From Tubiluchus corallicola (lineage: Eukaryota > Animalia > Priapulida): a stretch of DNA of 64,000 bases. This document shows positions 1 to 12,060 of this stretch, piece by piece. The translations under genes were made by a program, and so were the position numbers. Location of the stretch: positions 186,001 through 250,000 of the forward strand of contig JAQGDQ010000052.1 of the NCBI GenBank assembly GCA_030141605.1, read 5' to 3'. Under the pieces are notes generated by a model, which was given only the letters and a program-made list of their open reading frames with translations, did no database searches and was not told the origin of the DNA. The stretch's first letter is position 1. The number at the start of each line of letters is the position of its first letter.

Positions 1-3000
1 TAGGTGGCCTGGTCCAAGTGATTTTAGAGTAGTTATTATGTCTGAGACTCTGAGTAAATTTTTGTTCTATGTACACCGATGTAATGATTCCCAAGTGTTT
101 AAAATTTGGTAGAGCAACTTACACATTACAAATTAGAAAGTGTAAAGAAATTTAGTGAATAGTGTATGACCTTGGATGGGTAGTTCAAGCTGTCGTTTGT
201 CATACATTGTGTGAATGCTTTCAAAATTGCAAAGAATTATGATGTAAAGTTTGTATATTTTCGTGAGATAGTGAAGAACCATGGTAAGATTTTGTGGAAA
301 GAACCTGGTAAGGTTGGAACATGGTAAGAACCTGTGAAAATTTAAGTTTTAACATCCATGCTGACAATGTGATACATTGTGACGTAAGTAGGTTATGTTA
401 TTTTATGTAAAAAGTTTGCACCGTTTTTTTAGGGATACAGACAGTTTCTTTTGATAATTGGAAAAAAGTCGATGCAGTAGAGCAAGCTCGTGGTAAAAAG
501 AACAACAAACCAAGAGAAAAGATCACTAGTGTACAAGAAATGTTGTCTATAGCTGCTGCAACCTAGTTAATACAGTGATTAAAATAGGTGTATTTTTAAA
601 ATCATTTGTTCCATGCAATTCTGTCAAAACATTGATTGTCTTTTTCAATGTTCTTGTGGTTCACACGGGTTGATCATAGTGTTGCATGAAAACTTGATGG
701 ATTTTACTGAATGCTGTGGAAAATTTAGTTGAATTAAACCCTTTTAAAATTATTTGCAGTATGTAGTATTTGCAGCCTCAGCTCAATAATTAAAAAAATA
801 TTTTTTAATTAAATATTTATTTCCATTTTTAATGATAAAACTTTTTAGTTTTCTTAGGTCATAATAGTTATTATGCACAATCATTTATATAATCATGCTT
901 TTAGTTGTGTTTTTATTTGGGCACAATCACTTGTACATTTCGTCTTATGTAGAGTTTAGCGTGTTTAAGACTGATGACTTGCTTTTGAAGTCTGTACGTA
1001 TGCTTTTACTCAGGAAATTACGTGCCCCGAGGGTTTCCACAGCAGTTTTCATGAAGTCTGTGATTTGTAGAAATAATTACTGCCTTTACCCTGTTGAATT
1101 GCACTTGTTGTTTTTTCTAGTTCTGCATGACTTGGAGTCTCGAAGAACCTGAAAAATTCTGTTTGCCTAGATTAGAATAGTCGCTTGTCGGATGTATCTG
1201 AAGGGGTTGGTTGGTATTTCACAGATTAAAGTAGCAGTGATAGATTGAAGTGCATTCATTGCATGTCAAGCATTTTTGGATGTAAAGGACATCATGACAC
1301 AACAGTTTTTTCGACCTTTGACCATCTGAGGCCTTAAGTAGCTTGAACAAGTCATATATCAGTTATGCTCTTGTGTAATGGACGTTTATTAAAAATGCAT
1401 TAAGTCCAAAATAAGAATTTGGTTTTATAGTTACAAATCAAAATTATGAAGATTTTTATCTAACTGTTAAACCTGTAGATTTGATAAAATTACTTGATGT
1501 TTTCATTAAAGATTATAAAATATCATGTATTGATACAGCTCTGGTTCTTATATAATTGTAATTCTTTTGTTAAGTTTATGCTAGTTTATTTGAATATTTA
1601 ATATTTTATAAGATTTTGTATTTAATATTTTATAAGATTTTGTAAGTATTACTTAGAAATATAATAATTTTATTATAATCAATAATTCAAATTGATTTAA
1701 ATGAAGTTTGTAATTTGAAATGTATTGCTGTGTCTTTTACAAACCTTTTGGCAATTGTCTCTATTGTTTATGGACAGACTTGAAAAGACAGAGCGTTTTG
1801 GGCTGTACAGACTGTAAAGAGTATCAAATAACACGTTATTACCTATAATTGTGAGTGGAGTGGGTAGCTTTACAGTCGCACAAAACTTTGAAGAAAAAAT
1901 AAACCAGCAAGAAACATTAGTAACAATACGAACAACGCATGAAGGAAATCGTTAGGGAGAAATTTAGTTGAACAATATCAGATTTGCTGTTTCTACCTTT
2001 CTACTCAACATGGTCTGTAAGTGGGGTATTTTAACCATTGCAGACAAAGATACAAAAGGCTAAGATGGCTATTTCCACTTTTTTGTCAGATACATTGCCA
2101 TCTCATTCGTAAAAATCCAACTTTTTTTGTCTCACACCGTTAGAGAGTGTAGCTAAGATGTAAGTGTGCTTGTTGGAGTTACTGATGTATTTGTAAGTTG
2201 TGATTAACATTGACGCACACAGGAAAAGCCACACCTATGGGAAATTATTCTATTCATATACAGCCTTAGGGGTGCCCTATCATACTTGCAAGTCCTGTCG
2301 TTTATCCTGAAACCTCGCACACATGTAATTTTAGTTAGTCGAATTTTAATTGCAAGATCTGTGAATGTGTGTGTGGCTTCTCATGGGCTTTAGTTGTTCT
2401 CAGATTATGCAATTAAAATCACCCGATTAGCCCGATTAAAACTGGTACGTGCGCGCAGGAACTTCATTCAAAGCCATAGTAATGGAAATACCATAGTAAA
2501 AATATCATGCAGATTCCGTTTTCAAACATTAGACATGCACGTCTGCCGAAGAAAAGAAAGATGCACAGTAATTCACTATATTATATGAGGGTTTCTGATT
2601 TCCACTGTGTAGAATTTGAGTAAAGCTAATGTTTAGCTCGAGCTGAATCATCTATAATCGCGCCTATTTGCGGTTGTAAGTTGAAACCGTGATCATTTAC
2701 AGGAAATTTTGCGCAAATTCTGTAATTTCAGGCTTCATCCTTCACCTGTTTTTTCGCAAGGTTAGAGGCTGTGTGTTACATTTAGTAGGTGCATATATGT
2801 AAGCCGTAAGTTGAAACAGTTGAAAGCTGAAAACTTAATTAGCAGATTTTAATACAGAAGCTTTTGAGATAAGTTTATTGGATTCTAGTTTGGTACGTAT
2901 GCCTACAGATTAGTACGAATCGGCCTATACGAAAATTAAGTTTTAAAAAAGTTATTCTTTGTTACACTTATTGTAACTCGAAATAAGATGCTGCTCAGTA

Positions 3001-3089
3001 AGCTGTAAAAGGAAGTTCGTCAAATACTATATCTATAAAACAGTTCATGTTTTTCCCAGTAGTCGAAGAGAGGTGAGGGTCTTAACGTA

Positions 3090-3376
3090 GGCGTTTTTGT
3101 AATGAGGCTTTGCCACTTTTGCCCGAAAAATACAGTGCCAACCCGAAAGAAGCGCAGGTCAACTGCGAGCTGAGAATTACCTCACCCCACCCCATGATAA
3201 AAAATGCCTGTATTTCGGACACTTCATTTGGCGGCATGGAGTAATTTCGATATTTCCTTTAACAAAAAATTTATTTTATTTTTATCATCATTTGGTCGGT
3301 GCCAGAAAAAATTGGTGATTGCCCGAAAAAAATGTGTTTGCCCGAATCTGGGGAGGCTGCAGCCCCCCCCCCCCGA
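3090..3376. mobile_element. Probable MITE fragment with TTGCCCGAA repeats and a GGGGAGGCTGCAGCCCCCC hairpin end
   Basis: TTGCCCGAA occurs three times, with a GC-rich palindromic end typical of invertebrate MITEs; no TSD resolved. Confidence 0.4.
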
Positions 3377-5421
3377 AAATTAAAGGGGTCTAGGGGACGT
3401 TGTTCGCTCATAGCTGCTCAGTCGATAATCAGTTACGTTTCACGCTACGTAATTAGTAACCTGCTTAATTAGCTTGGGATGGTCTGGCACAAAAACATCA
3501 CTTCCCGAACAAGGCTTAGGGGTTCATTTCGCAAAAATTTAGGTCGAACTGTCTTTTGCTTTTCAAGGTACTCGATACGAAAAGTGATTGTCGTGTTCTG
3601 ACGCGTGAAACGTCGCTTGCAAGGCCTCGCGCAGGAGCTCAAATTTTAATTATTCATTGGCATTGCATCAGTTAAATTATATGAAATGCTGCTAGCTATT
3701 ATTATTGTTAGCGGAGACGTCAGAGAGAACCGTGTAAACGTAATTAATCTTTTTCGTTTAGCGTGTTTTGCGTAGATGTCTGTCAGTAGCGTCAGTTACG
3801 AACTTTCACAAGTACAGCATTTGTGAAAAAAACCGTTCCGCGGCGGGGACTAAAAGTCAGCTTTAAATTTAAAGATACACTAACTCAGAAAATTAATTTT
3901 CAATAAATAACTTGTTATCGTCCGTGGCTATATAGGCTTTCGTTATTCATTGATAAGACAGAGGAATTAGATTATAAACTGGTGCCCATTTATTAAAGCC
4001 TTTTAGATCAACTTTTTAGAGCAAGTTTTTATTTGCTTTTATGATATTGTCGTTCTTTTGATTTTTTTCTGGTAATGATAATGGGTGTCCTACAGGAACA
4101 TAGCAATATGCCATATGAAATTTATCTAATGTCTGTCAGACTGCCAGAAATTTATCTAATGTCTGCCTTTTGTTTAGCGTTTACGCTTTATTGGTCTGTC
4201 GTTGAGTTTATTGAGTTGAGCTAACTTAATTAAGACAGTTTTAATTGCTTTTAGTGAAATGAGTCGAAACTAAAACCATCAACAGTAATTGCAACAACTT
4301 AACAACGTGAGCGCCCGCAGTTCATAAAATTATTCTATAAAAATGATTTTTAGTTTTTGGTTGAAAATGGCTTAAACATAATTTTGGCATTAATTTAACG
4401 CTTCAAACAAGCCATCCAGTATTTGACTATGTCTTGTGATTGACGAGATTTCACACCACCAATGAAACATCTTAAGGAAATCGGTGGACTAAGTCGGCTT
4501 CGCTAAAATGAAAATGTGAAAATACAATCACTTCTGCTTTATTTAGCGTTTGTTATTTAGGCATACCTAGATGGCTAGTTATTTGTTAACCGATCCGCTG
4601 CTGACGGTGGTGGCAATGACAGCATCAGTAATGATTATGTAGCGTATGACTGAGGGTGATGTTGTTGGTGATGTTGATTCCTATAGTGTTGCGGACATTA
4701 TCAGCCACACGAGCGATATTAGTGCAGTACAAACTTCTATAAAGCCGGAAAAGCTAATTTCTCTATTATGCGCTAATCGCTTTTATGATTGTTTATGGCT
4801 TCTCCGGGGAAGCTAATTTGGAATGTTCATAACAAGCTAGAGCAGTACTTGTTTGGTTTCATCTTGGATTTACTAGCACGCAAGTGCACGCATCTCACTT
4901 TTGTTAGCGTAAATGGTGAAGACTGTTTACTGTCAAAATTACTTACGTTGTAACTTGTTTCTAGCCTAGAACCCGTAAAAATTGTAGACCCATTCTGTAA
5001 AAATTTCCAGATTGTAGGATAATTATTTAAAATTAATTGATCGTACACGGTGAAAGGTACATTCTGTCGAGATGACACAAGTTTACATATGACATGCTTA
5101 AGGCCATTTCTACAAAAGACGCGCAGCGAAATTCCTCAAAAATGGAATGCATTGTTTTCTATGGCGCATTTCAGACAGTGTCACGGGCCCCTATGTACTT
5201 TTCTCGTGCGGAATTCTGCGGCCTGTTAGCGTCGTTTTTATGAGGAATTTTGCCATTCTGTATAAATGAATCATATTCCATTTTCGTAAGAATAAGACAC
5301 ACACAATAATGTAATTGTAATATATTTCCGAAAGTAGTTAGCAACTATAAAGTTTATTTTGTTCTATTATTGATTAAACGCATTTTGTAATGATACATTA
5401 CATCTTGTATGTTGGAGAGGT

Positions 5422-6289
5422 GGTGCGCGGTAAAAATGGCACAGGAAAAAAATATTAGACAAAAAATGACAGAAATGGAAAAGTAGGTAAATATGGCACA
5501 TATGTTATTTGATTAGAAAAATTTAACACAAACAAACAGTCAAACACATAACATGTATCTGTATTGGTATTATATAGAATAGCAAATGACTCTTAGAATT
5601 TTTGTTCATCAAAATTAGATTTGTAATCAATAATGCACGAATGTTCCACATAACCTACCGTTTTATCTACCTTTTTGACCATTAATTTTGGCAATGGTAA
5701 TTGACTGACAAATATACCTGTATTTACGTACCAAGTCACCTTCTAAGGCTATACACATTAATAAGCAAACGTTATTGACAGCGTTACACAATTTTACAAG
5801 CGAGAGTTTCACGAATTGAACCTGGAACTAACTTGTTTATCCAGGTGTAGGTAACAAAAAAAGAAGTACTAAACACTCCCTTTGAGTTTGACTCTTCCAC
5901 GAAGTGCTTCACGAATGTTTTTTGTACGTAGTGTTCGATCAAGTTTTGCGAAAAAAGAACCGGTGAAAAGATTTCCATTTTCGCACCTTATACCCGCCTA
6001 GTTTCATAAAAGTTTCTTGGAAATTCATTAGATAGTTTTTGCATAATGTGGTTACTGCTATAACAGACAAAAAACAACCAAACAAACAGACAAACATGAC
6101 AACTACTACTTTGGCAGAGGTAAAAATAACTAAAATAACCCTAACCCTAAAAACATATTTTACTAAGTGTGCCATTTTTTCCTGTGCCATTTTTACCTAC
6201 TTTTCCATTTGAACCATTTTTCCTGTGCCGTTTTTACCTATGCCATTTTTCCTGTGTCACTTTTACCTGTGCAATTTTTACCTACATTC
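5422..6289 (+). mobile_element. Foldback/Mutator-like MITE family A, copy 1
   Basis: Starts GGTGCGCGGT, ends CCTACATTC. Inverted subterminal arrays of GGTAAAAATGGCACA. Right flank GTTGGAGGT vs left GTTGGAGAGGT (9-bp TSD plus an AG slip). Core shared with the other three full copies. Confidence 0.85.
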
Positions 6290-6322
6290 GTTGGAGGTAG
6301 TTTGTTGTTGTGCGTTTCAAAC

Positions 6323-6487
6323 GAATGTAAGAAAGTTTGGTACAGGGAAGTTTGGTGCTAGGAATTTTTGGTACGCAGTAATTTGGTGTTGGTAAATTTG
6401 TTAATATCATCTTAAGTTACAAGGAATTTTTGGTACTAGGAAAATGTAGTACGGGTAATGTTTGGTACGAGGAAAATTTGGTACTAA
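6323..6487 (-). mobile_element. Foldback MITE family B, solo end
   Basis: GAATGTAAG terminus followed by an AAGTTTGGTAC-type ~15-bp array; no partner array seen. Confidence 0.7.
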
Positions 6488-7904
6488 ACGAAAAACAGAG
6501 CATTTATATATGTCAGTATAAAATAAGAAGTTTATTCAGTAGGGAAATATGTTATTAGGAAATTAAAAAGTTCATACGTTATACTTTTTCGAGTTTTACT
6601 CTAATTTTAAAATAAAATTTCTAGATCAAACAGTTACGTAATGTATAACAGTTTAGCTGTTTACTGAATTACTACACTGTGAGAAACAATTAAACAATAA
6701 AATAATTCTCAATTGCCTGTTTTTAGCAAGCCAACTGCCTACCTGCCTGTCTGGACACGTCTGTCTGTATTTTAATGATTACTATATTGACAATGGCACA
6801 GGTACATTTTATTGCTTTTTAAACAAGCACTCGGCCAAGCAAAAGTAAAAATAGTACTGCACCAATAACTGCTACTAACGTTTGCGCTTTACACAGTCTT
6901 GCCAAATTTGGAAAGTGAGCATTATTTATTCCCACTAGCCAAGCCCCGTAAAAGATTTTGCTTGAAATCGGAACTGCATTTAAATCATTGGAATTATCAA
7001 AATAGCCTCAAATGTGCCACATAGGGTAGTGCTAGCAGTAACCACTGTATGCAGTAGTAATCACTGGCATTCTCGCCGTTAATTATACTAGTCTTTTTAA
7101 AAATGGTGGTTTTATTGTGGTTTTTATAAACTTGATTTTATATAATTTTATAATACTTCAACTTTATTTATTTGTTAGTGCACTCATGTAAATATCCTTG
7201 TAACCTATCAACTGTGTTTTGCAAATGTTTACTTCCATTTTTATAAATGTAGAAATCGTCAAATACATTTCCACGAAAATCGTTTGTAAATGTTTTTTAA
7301 TTTGTGGTAAAATAAGGCCAATTTTTATAATCTTATTTATATAATATCGAAATTGTAGAAAAATTACTGCAGCGTGCTGTCATCTGTTGCTAGTCTGAGA
7401 AGTGCTGTGCTAGTTGGGCCACTTGTAAAAGCACACAAGTAGCCGCAAGGATTTCTATGAGTGGAACTGAGGCACTTAAGTCATGCAAATTAGACGTCTT
7501 TCACTGTAACAGGAAGTTTTGACCGTTTTGACGACATTAGAACGTCCAATAAACGAACATCAAGTGCCATTTTGAAGTTTAGAATTTTCATCGTTTTTTT
7601 GCGTCTTGCCAATTGTTAAATTTGCCGGGTAAACTTTTGTAAAATCTCCAAGAAGCAATGACACAGGCGTCCTTATGTCATTCGACTCATTCCTATGTAT
7701 AATATAATGGTCTATGTATAATATGTTAACACATATAATGACTATGTATTTTTACTTCATAATAACCCAAATACACAAATTATAAATTACAGTACTGAAC
7801 AAATTAACTTCTAAAAGGTTTAACTTAAATCACTCACGTTTAGCCACCGATGTTCAATCACGCCAATTTGAACTTCGACAGGTTTCTCTGTGCATTTTCA
7901 ATTA

Positions 7905-8186
7905 CAGTGATACCTCGAGACACAAAATTAATTCGTTCCGGAGGGGCTTTCGTATCTTAGAATTTTCGTATTATGAGACAAGATTTACCCTATAAATGGC
8001 GTAATTCGTCCTAGACCCCCCCCCGAAAATAGTCGTATAAAATGTAAATATTGCACCCACCCGAAAGAAATATGTTCGTTAATGGCCGATCGTCGAAGGG
8101 TTTCGCTCATACTCCCTTGTGATAGCATTTAAACGCATGCCACTTTCATATTTATCTGTTTCAAGCTTTGTTTCCATCGACATCAT
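7905..8186 (-). mobile_element. pogo/Tigger-like DNA transposon remnant (3' end plus N-terminal HTH transposase fragment)
   Basis: TA|CAGTGATACCTCGAG TIR. Minus strand 8186-8079 reads MMSMETKLETDKYESGMRLNAITREYERNPSTIGH*, resembling the CENP-B/Tigger N-terminal helix-turn-helix. Confidence 0.75.
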
Positions 8187-9175
8187 CGCTGAATGGATTG
8201 AATGCGTTCACGTGAGGTTTTTCTTCTTCAATCCTAAAAGCGAAATTAAAGGACAAACAAAGTAATCATTTGATAATCGATTACTGAGCTATGTAATCAA
8301 TATTTGACATTTTTCATCCAGTAATCGAATGCTTTACAGCTGACTCCTGGAACTAGAGTATAGCAAAGCGGAGTAGAGTAAAGTTGCAGCACAAATGTAA
8401 CAGAACTAAACGGATGAGATCGGATGTCATGCAGAACAGAACCAAACAGAACAGCACTGTAAATAAAGAACAGAATAGCACAAGGGTATAAAGAACAGAA
8501 TAAAATAGAACTGAACAGAACAAAATGGTGCAAAACGTAATAGAAGAGAACAAGCAAAAGAATAAAAAAATCAGATTAGAAAAGCACAGAATGAAATAGA
8601 CGAGCTGAAGAGTTTTATAATTTTCATGGTAACTGTTACTTGACTCCTACTGTACAGTCATATCGCAAGAGATAAATTTCACCAAAAATGATCAATACAA
8701 GCAGTAGGTGTATAGTAAAAAATATTTCACATAATTTTCTTGTATCCAAACTTGCGCGTCTAGTGCTACTTCTAGCTCCTTAGTGCTCTTGCTGCTCTTA
8801 ATGTACTGTTGAGGCTGAGCACTGCTGTTGTTACAGACATTGTAGCTGTCACACTTACATTGCTGTATTGCACTAATTGTGGCTCTGGTTTATTACATTA
8901 TTTGCTGTAGGCTACAAGTGTACAGCTATCATATTGCTAGGTAGGTAGGCAGCCAGATTTACACATACTGTAATTAAAAAGCTGCAAACAGACGGAAGAG
9001 AGGTGCAGATAGAAGAATAATAGAAGTTCAAACAGATAGCTAGATATATTGGTATACAGGCTGATAGGTAGGCACATATACCGATGAAGAGAATGAACAC
9101 GTGGAAGGTTGCTGGATATATGGAAGGACTGATCAACATATGTAGGTAAACAGAAAGACATAACGTCTGGGGTTC

Positions 9176-9957
9176 AAATGTAGGTAAAATTAGCACAGGT
9201 AAAAATGGCACAGGAAAAATGGCACGGTAAAAATGGCACAAATGGAAAAGTGGGTAAACTGGCACAGGAAAAATGTTTCGGGTTAGGGTTACAGTGGTGT
9301 ATAATTATTTGAGTTATTTTTGCTTCTGCCAAGGAAGTTATGCTTTAACAAAGTCTGTTTGTTTGTTTGTCTGCTTGATGGTACTTTTTGTCTATTACGG
9401 CAGTAAGCCTATTACGCAAGAACTATCCAACAGATTTCCAAGAAACTTTGTGAAGAGAAGTGGGCATAGACTATAAAGTGCCTAAATGGGAATCCTTTCA
9501 TCGGTTCTTTTTTCGCAGAACTTAACCGAACACCACGTACAAAAAACGTCCGTGAAGCACTTCATGGGGGTGCCAGAGGGTGTTTAGTACTTCTCTTTTG
9601 TTATCTCCACCAGGATACACGACTGCGAGTTAGTTCCAAGTTCCATTTCGCTTGTATAACTGTGTAACGCAGTCTATAACTTTTGTGGAACATTTGTGCA
9701 TTATTGATTATAAATTTAATGAACAAATATTTTGCGAGTCTGTTGCTAGTCTATATAACACCAATACATGTACATTTTTGTATGTTTTGTGTTAATTTTT
9801 TTCAGTCAAACGAATAAGATCAGAATTGTTCGCCTTCGGCACAAATCTGCTTCCTACTAAGCGCATTCTAGTTTTATTATAAAGATCAATTTCATCCAAA
9901 ATAACATTGTGTGCCATTTTTCCTACTTTTCCATTTGTGCCATTTTTACCGCGCACC
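9176..9957 (-). mobile_element. Foldback/Mutator-like MITE family A, copy 2 (inverted)
   Basis: AAATGTAGG...ACCGCGCACC termini; TSD CTGGGGTTC (9167-9175) / CTAGGGTTC (9958-9966). Confidence 0.88.
9320..9873 (+). mobile_element. Helentron-type non-autonomous element (HINE), head-to-tail dimer forming the core of family A
   Basis: 5' TTGCTTCTGCCAAGGAAGTTATG then GTTT microsatellite. Internal junction CTTCATGGGGGT...TT|TTATCTCCACCAGG at 9560-9614. 3' end ...CTACTAAGCGCATTCTAGTT. The same core is on the - strand at 16778-17472 and 32468-33084, and partially at ~5510-6123. Confidence 0.7.
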
Positions 9958-10779
9958 CTAGGGTTCAGTTGTCCAAAACAGACAATCACATGGCCATTGC
10001 CAAATGGCCTACTGCCTAAAAGTCTGCTGTGCAACTGTCCCTAAGTGACCGTGAACTATTAAGTTCATAGATAAACACGTCGCAAATTCAGTGTTACTCA
10101 GTTCCCAGAGCTGTTGCACCCCGTTACTGTGGATCTGTTCGTTCTGAAAGACTCAACTGAATGATGCTGATTGGCAGGCGACTGGCTGCGCACGCATATT
10201 CCACTTTGTTTATGTTGACAGCGAATTTCAGCAGACAGCTTGCGTCGCTCTTCAATTTGCGTTTTTGTTAGTATGTTGTGAATCCATTGTGCATAGATAT
10301 CTAACTTTGTTTTACAATTATTTTAAGTCTTTGCTTATTGAATATGAAGAGTGGATATTTTGAAACGATTATAAGATACCACAGTTTTTCGTGAAAAGTG
10401 AGATACTAGATAAGTGACGTTTAACTAATCTTGCAAAGTCAGGTACATAATTAAATTAGATTAAATTGAATCTGACATACACGTGTATAACGTAATAAAT
10501 AAAGTTACCATATTATTAATGTAATTTTTAATAAAATTATTGAAACTTCAGAACTTAGGGACGTTTTAATCGGCATATATTGCACCTAGGGTTCCCAGTA
10601 CAGCACGGTCCCATAAACTGAACAGTTTTAAAAAATTAGATTATTTTATTGTAATTATCATAGTTTTATATAATGTTTATGTTTTATATAATTATATTTT
10701 TACGTAATTTTACGTGTTATATATATTTTGTTATGTAATAATAAATAATACGCTATAGTCAATCTTCATTATTAATTAT

Positions 10780-10875
10780 AGTGAAAGATTCCACTACATT
10801 CAGGCACCCAGTGGAATAATTTATCTCCACATATTGTGCAAATCTCGAACACATTGAAGTTTAGAACAGCTATGT
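10780..10875 (+). mobile_element. Degenerate LINE (L2/CR1-like) 3' ORF2 fragment
   Basis: Reads GTQWNNLSPHIVQISNTLKFRTAM, matching the G..WN.LP..I.......FK C-terminal motif; very short. Confidence 0.35.
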
Positions 10876-11794
10876 AAGAGTTTGACCTGATTTTGGACAG
10901 GAATCATGTAAATGTATGAGATAGTGTTACATCGGTGCCATACATGTATGCTGCAATAATGTTCCTAAAGGAATGCTGTAGTATCGACATTCAGTTTCAG
11001 CTTCAAAACCGAGAAGGCACAATTATAGTTTTGCACATCACAGTTTTTAAGCCAGGGCCTTTGAGTCAGAGTTTCGATTATTAATAAGGTTAATGTTTTT
11101 GTACTCGTACTCTAACCCAAAAATAATCTAAACTCCAATGCACAAAAACCCTAACTTAAAAATAATAGAAATACTGACACAAATACTTTAGCATATGGAA
11201 AGGCTAATCCTTCTGGACCCTGCTTTTCTTCAGTTGACCAAGGACATCATTTGTGGAAAAATAGGTGTTCAAAATGGGAGCACCTAAGCATGAAATGACC
11301 ATGACTTTAAAGTGATTTTGTTAGTTACATGAAGCACTTATGTGTTTTTACAAAAAATTAGATAGCTAATTTTGTGATATTTTTGTGTGAACAATTGGTA
11401 AGCTGCAGGTGCAGAAGTTCGAAGTTTAATAAGCACGCACTTATGGAAAACCACAATGCACTTACGAAAAGTCTTGAAATTCACAAGTTACGTCATAAAA
11501 TTATTTTCAAGTGACTGGTGGGTACCACCATGCCTGAAGGTTTCTTTGCATTGAAGATTTTTACTTGTTTTTTGGAAATTTCTTTTTTATGTTTTTCTAA
11601 GTTAAGTGATAGCAGTAAAATAAACCCAACATGGTAAATGATATACCACACAATTATTTCTGGCTTCAAAATAATAAATAAATTATCTAATCAGTAATTA
11701 GTCTGGCTTGAGAAAACTAACTTTGGTAACCCTGAATCAGTTGGCCAGCTATTAGGAATGAAATAAAGGACCTGTCGTAATCATATAGTAATCT

Positions 11795-11885
11795 ACTGTA
11801 GCAGTCATGATGTACACCTTGTAAGCGAAAAGTCCAGTCCCTGAGTCAAATCTAGGCTGTTGCCATGATTTTTCACTTATTCTAT
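11795..11885 (+). mobile_element. Decayed tRNA-derived SINE head
   Basis: B-box-like GAGTCAAATCTAGG followed by a ...TTTTTCAC tail. Similar decayed heads near 22120, 56330-56450(-) and 61270-61330(-). Confidence 0.3.
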
Positions 11886-11900
11886 CTTTTGTGTAAAAAT

Positions 11901-12060
11901 TCAATAGTTAGGGTTTGTCCCATCATTACTAATCAGCATAGATAGCAAGCTAAGAGAACTTGCAAGTCTGGCAAATAATTGATGAATAGTAGGAATGTTC
12001 CAGGGGCTGAATATCCCAGTATTAATGCTACAGTTCATGAACAACGTACAATCTTTGATT
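11901..12060 (-). mobile_element. Degenerate LINE reverse-transcriptase fragment
   Basis: LFMNCSINTGIFSPWNIPTIHQLF...NPNY resembles the RT domain-0/1 motif (FN.SI.TGIFP..WK.A.I.PLFK...NYRPIS). Confidence 0.35.

Noticed and set aside
895-1152. 85-aa ORF near the window start
   Set aside because: No recognisable motif or exon context; likely non-coding or UTR.
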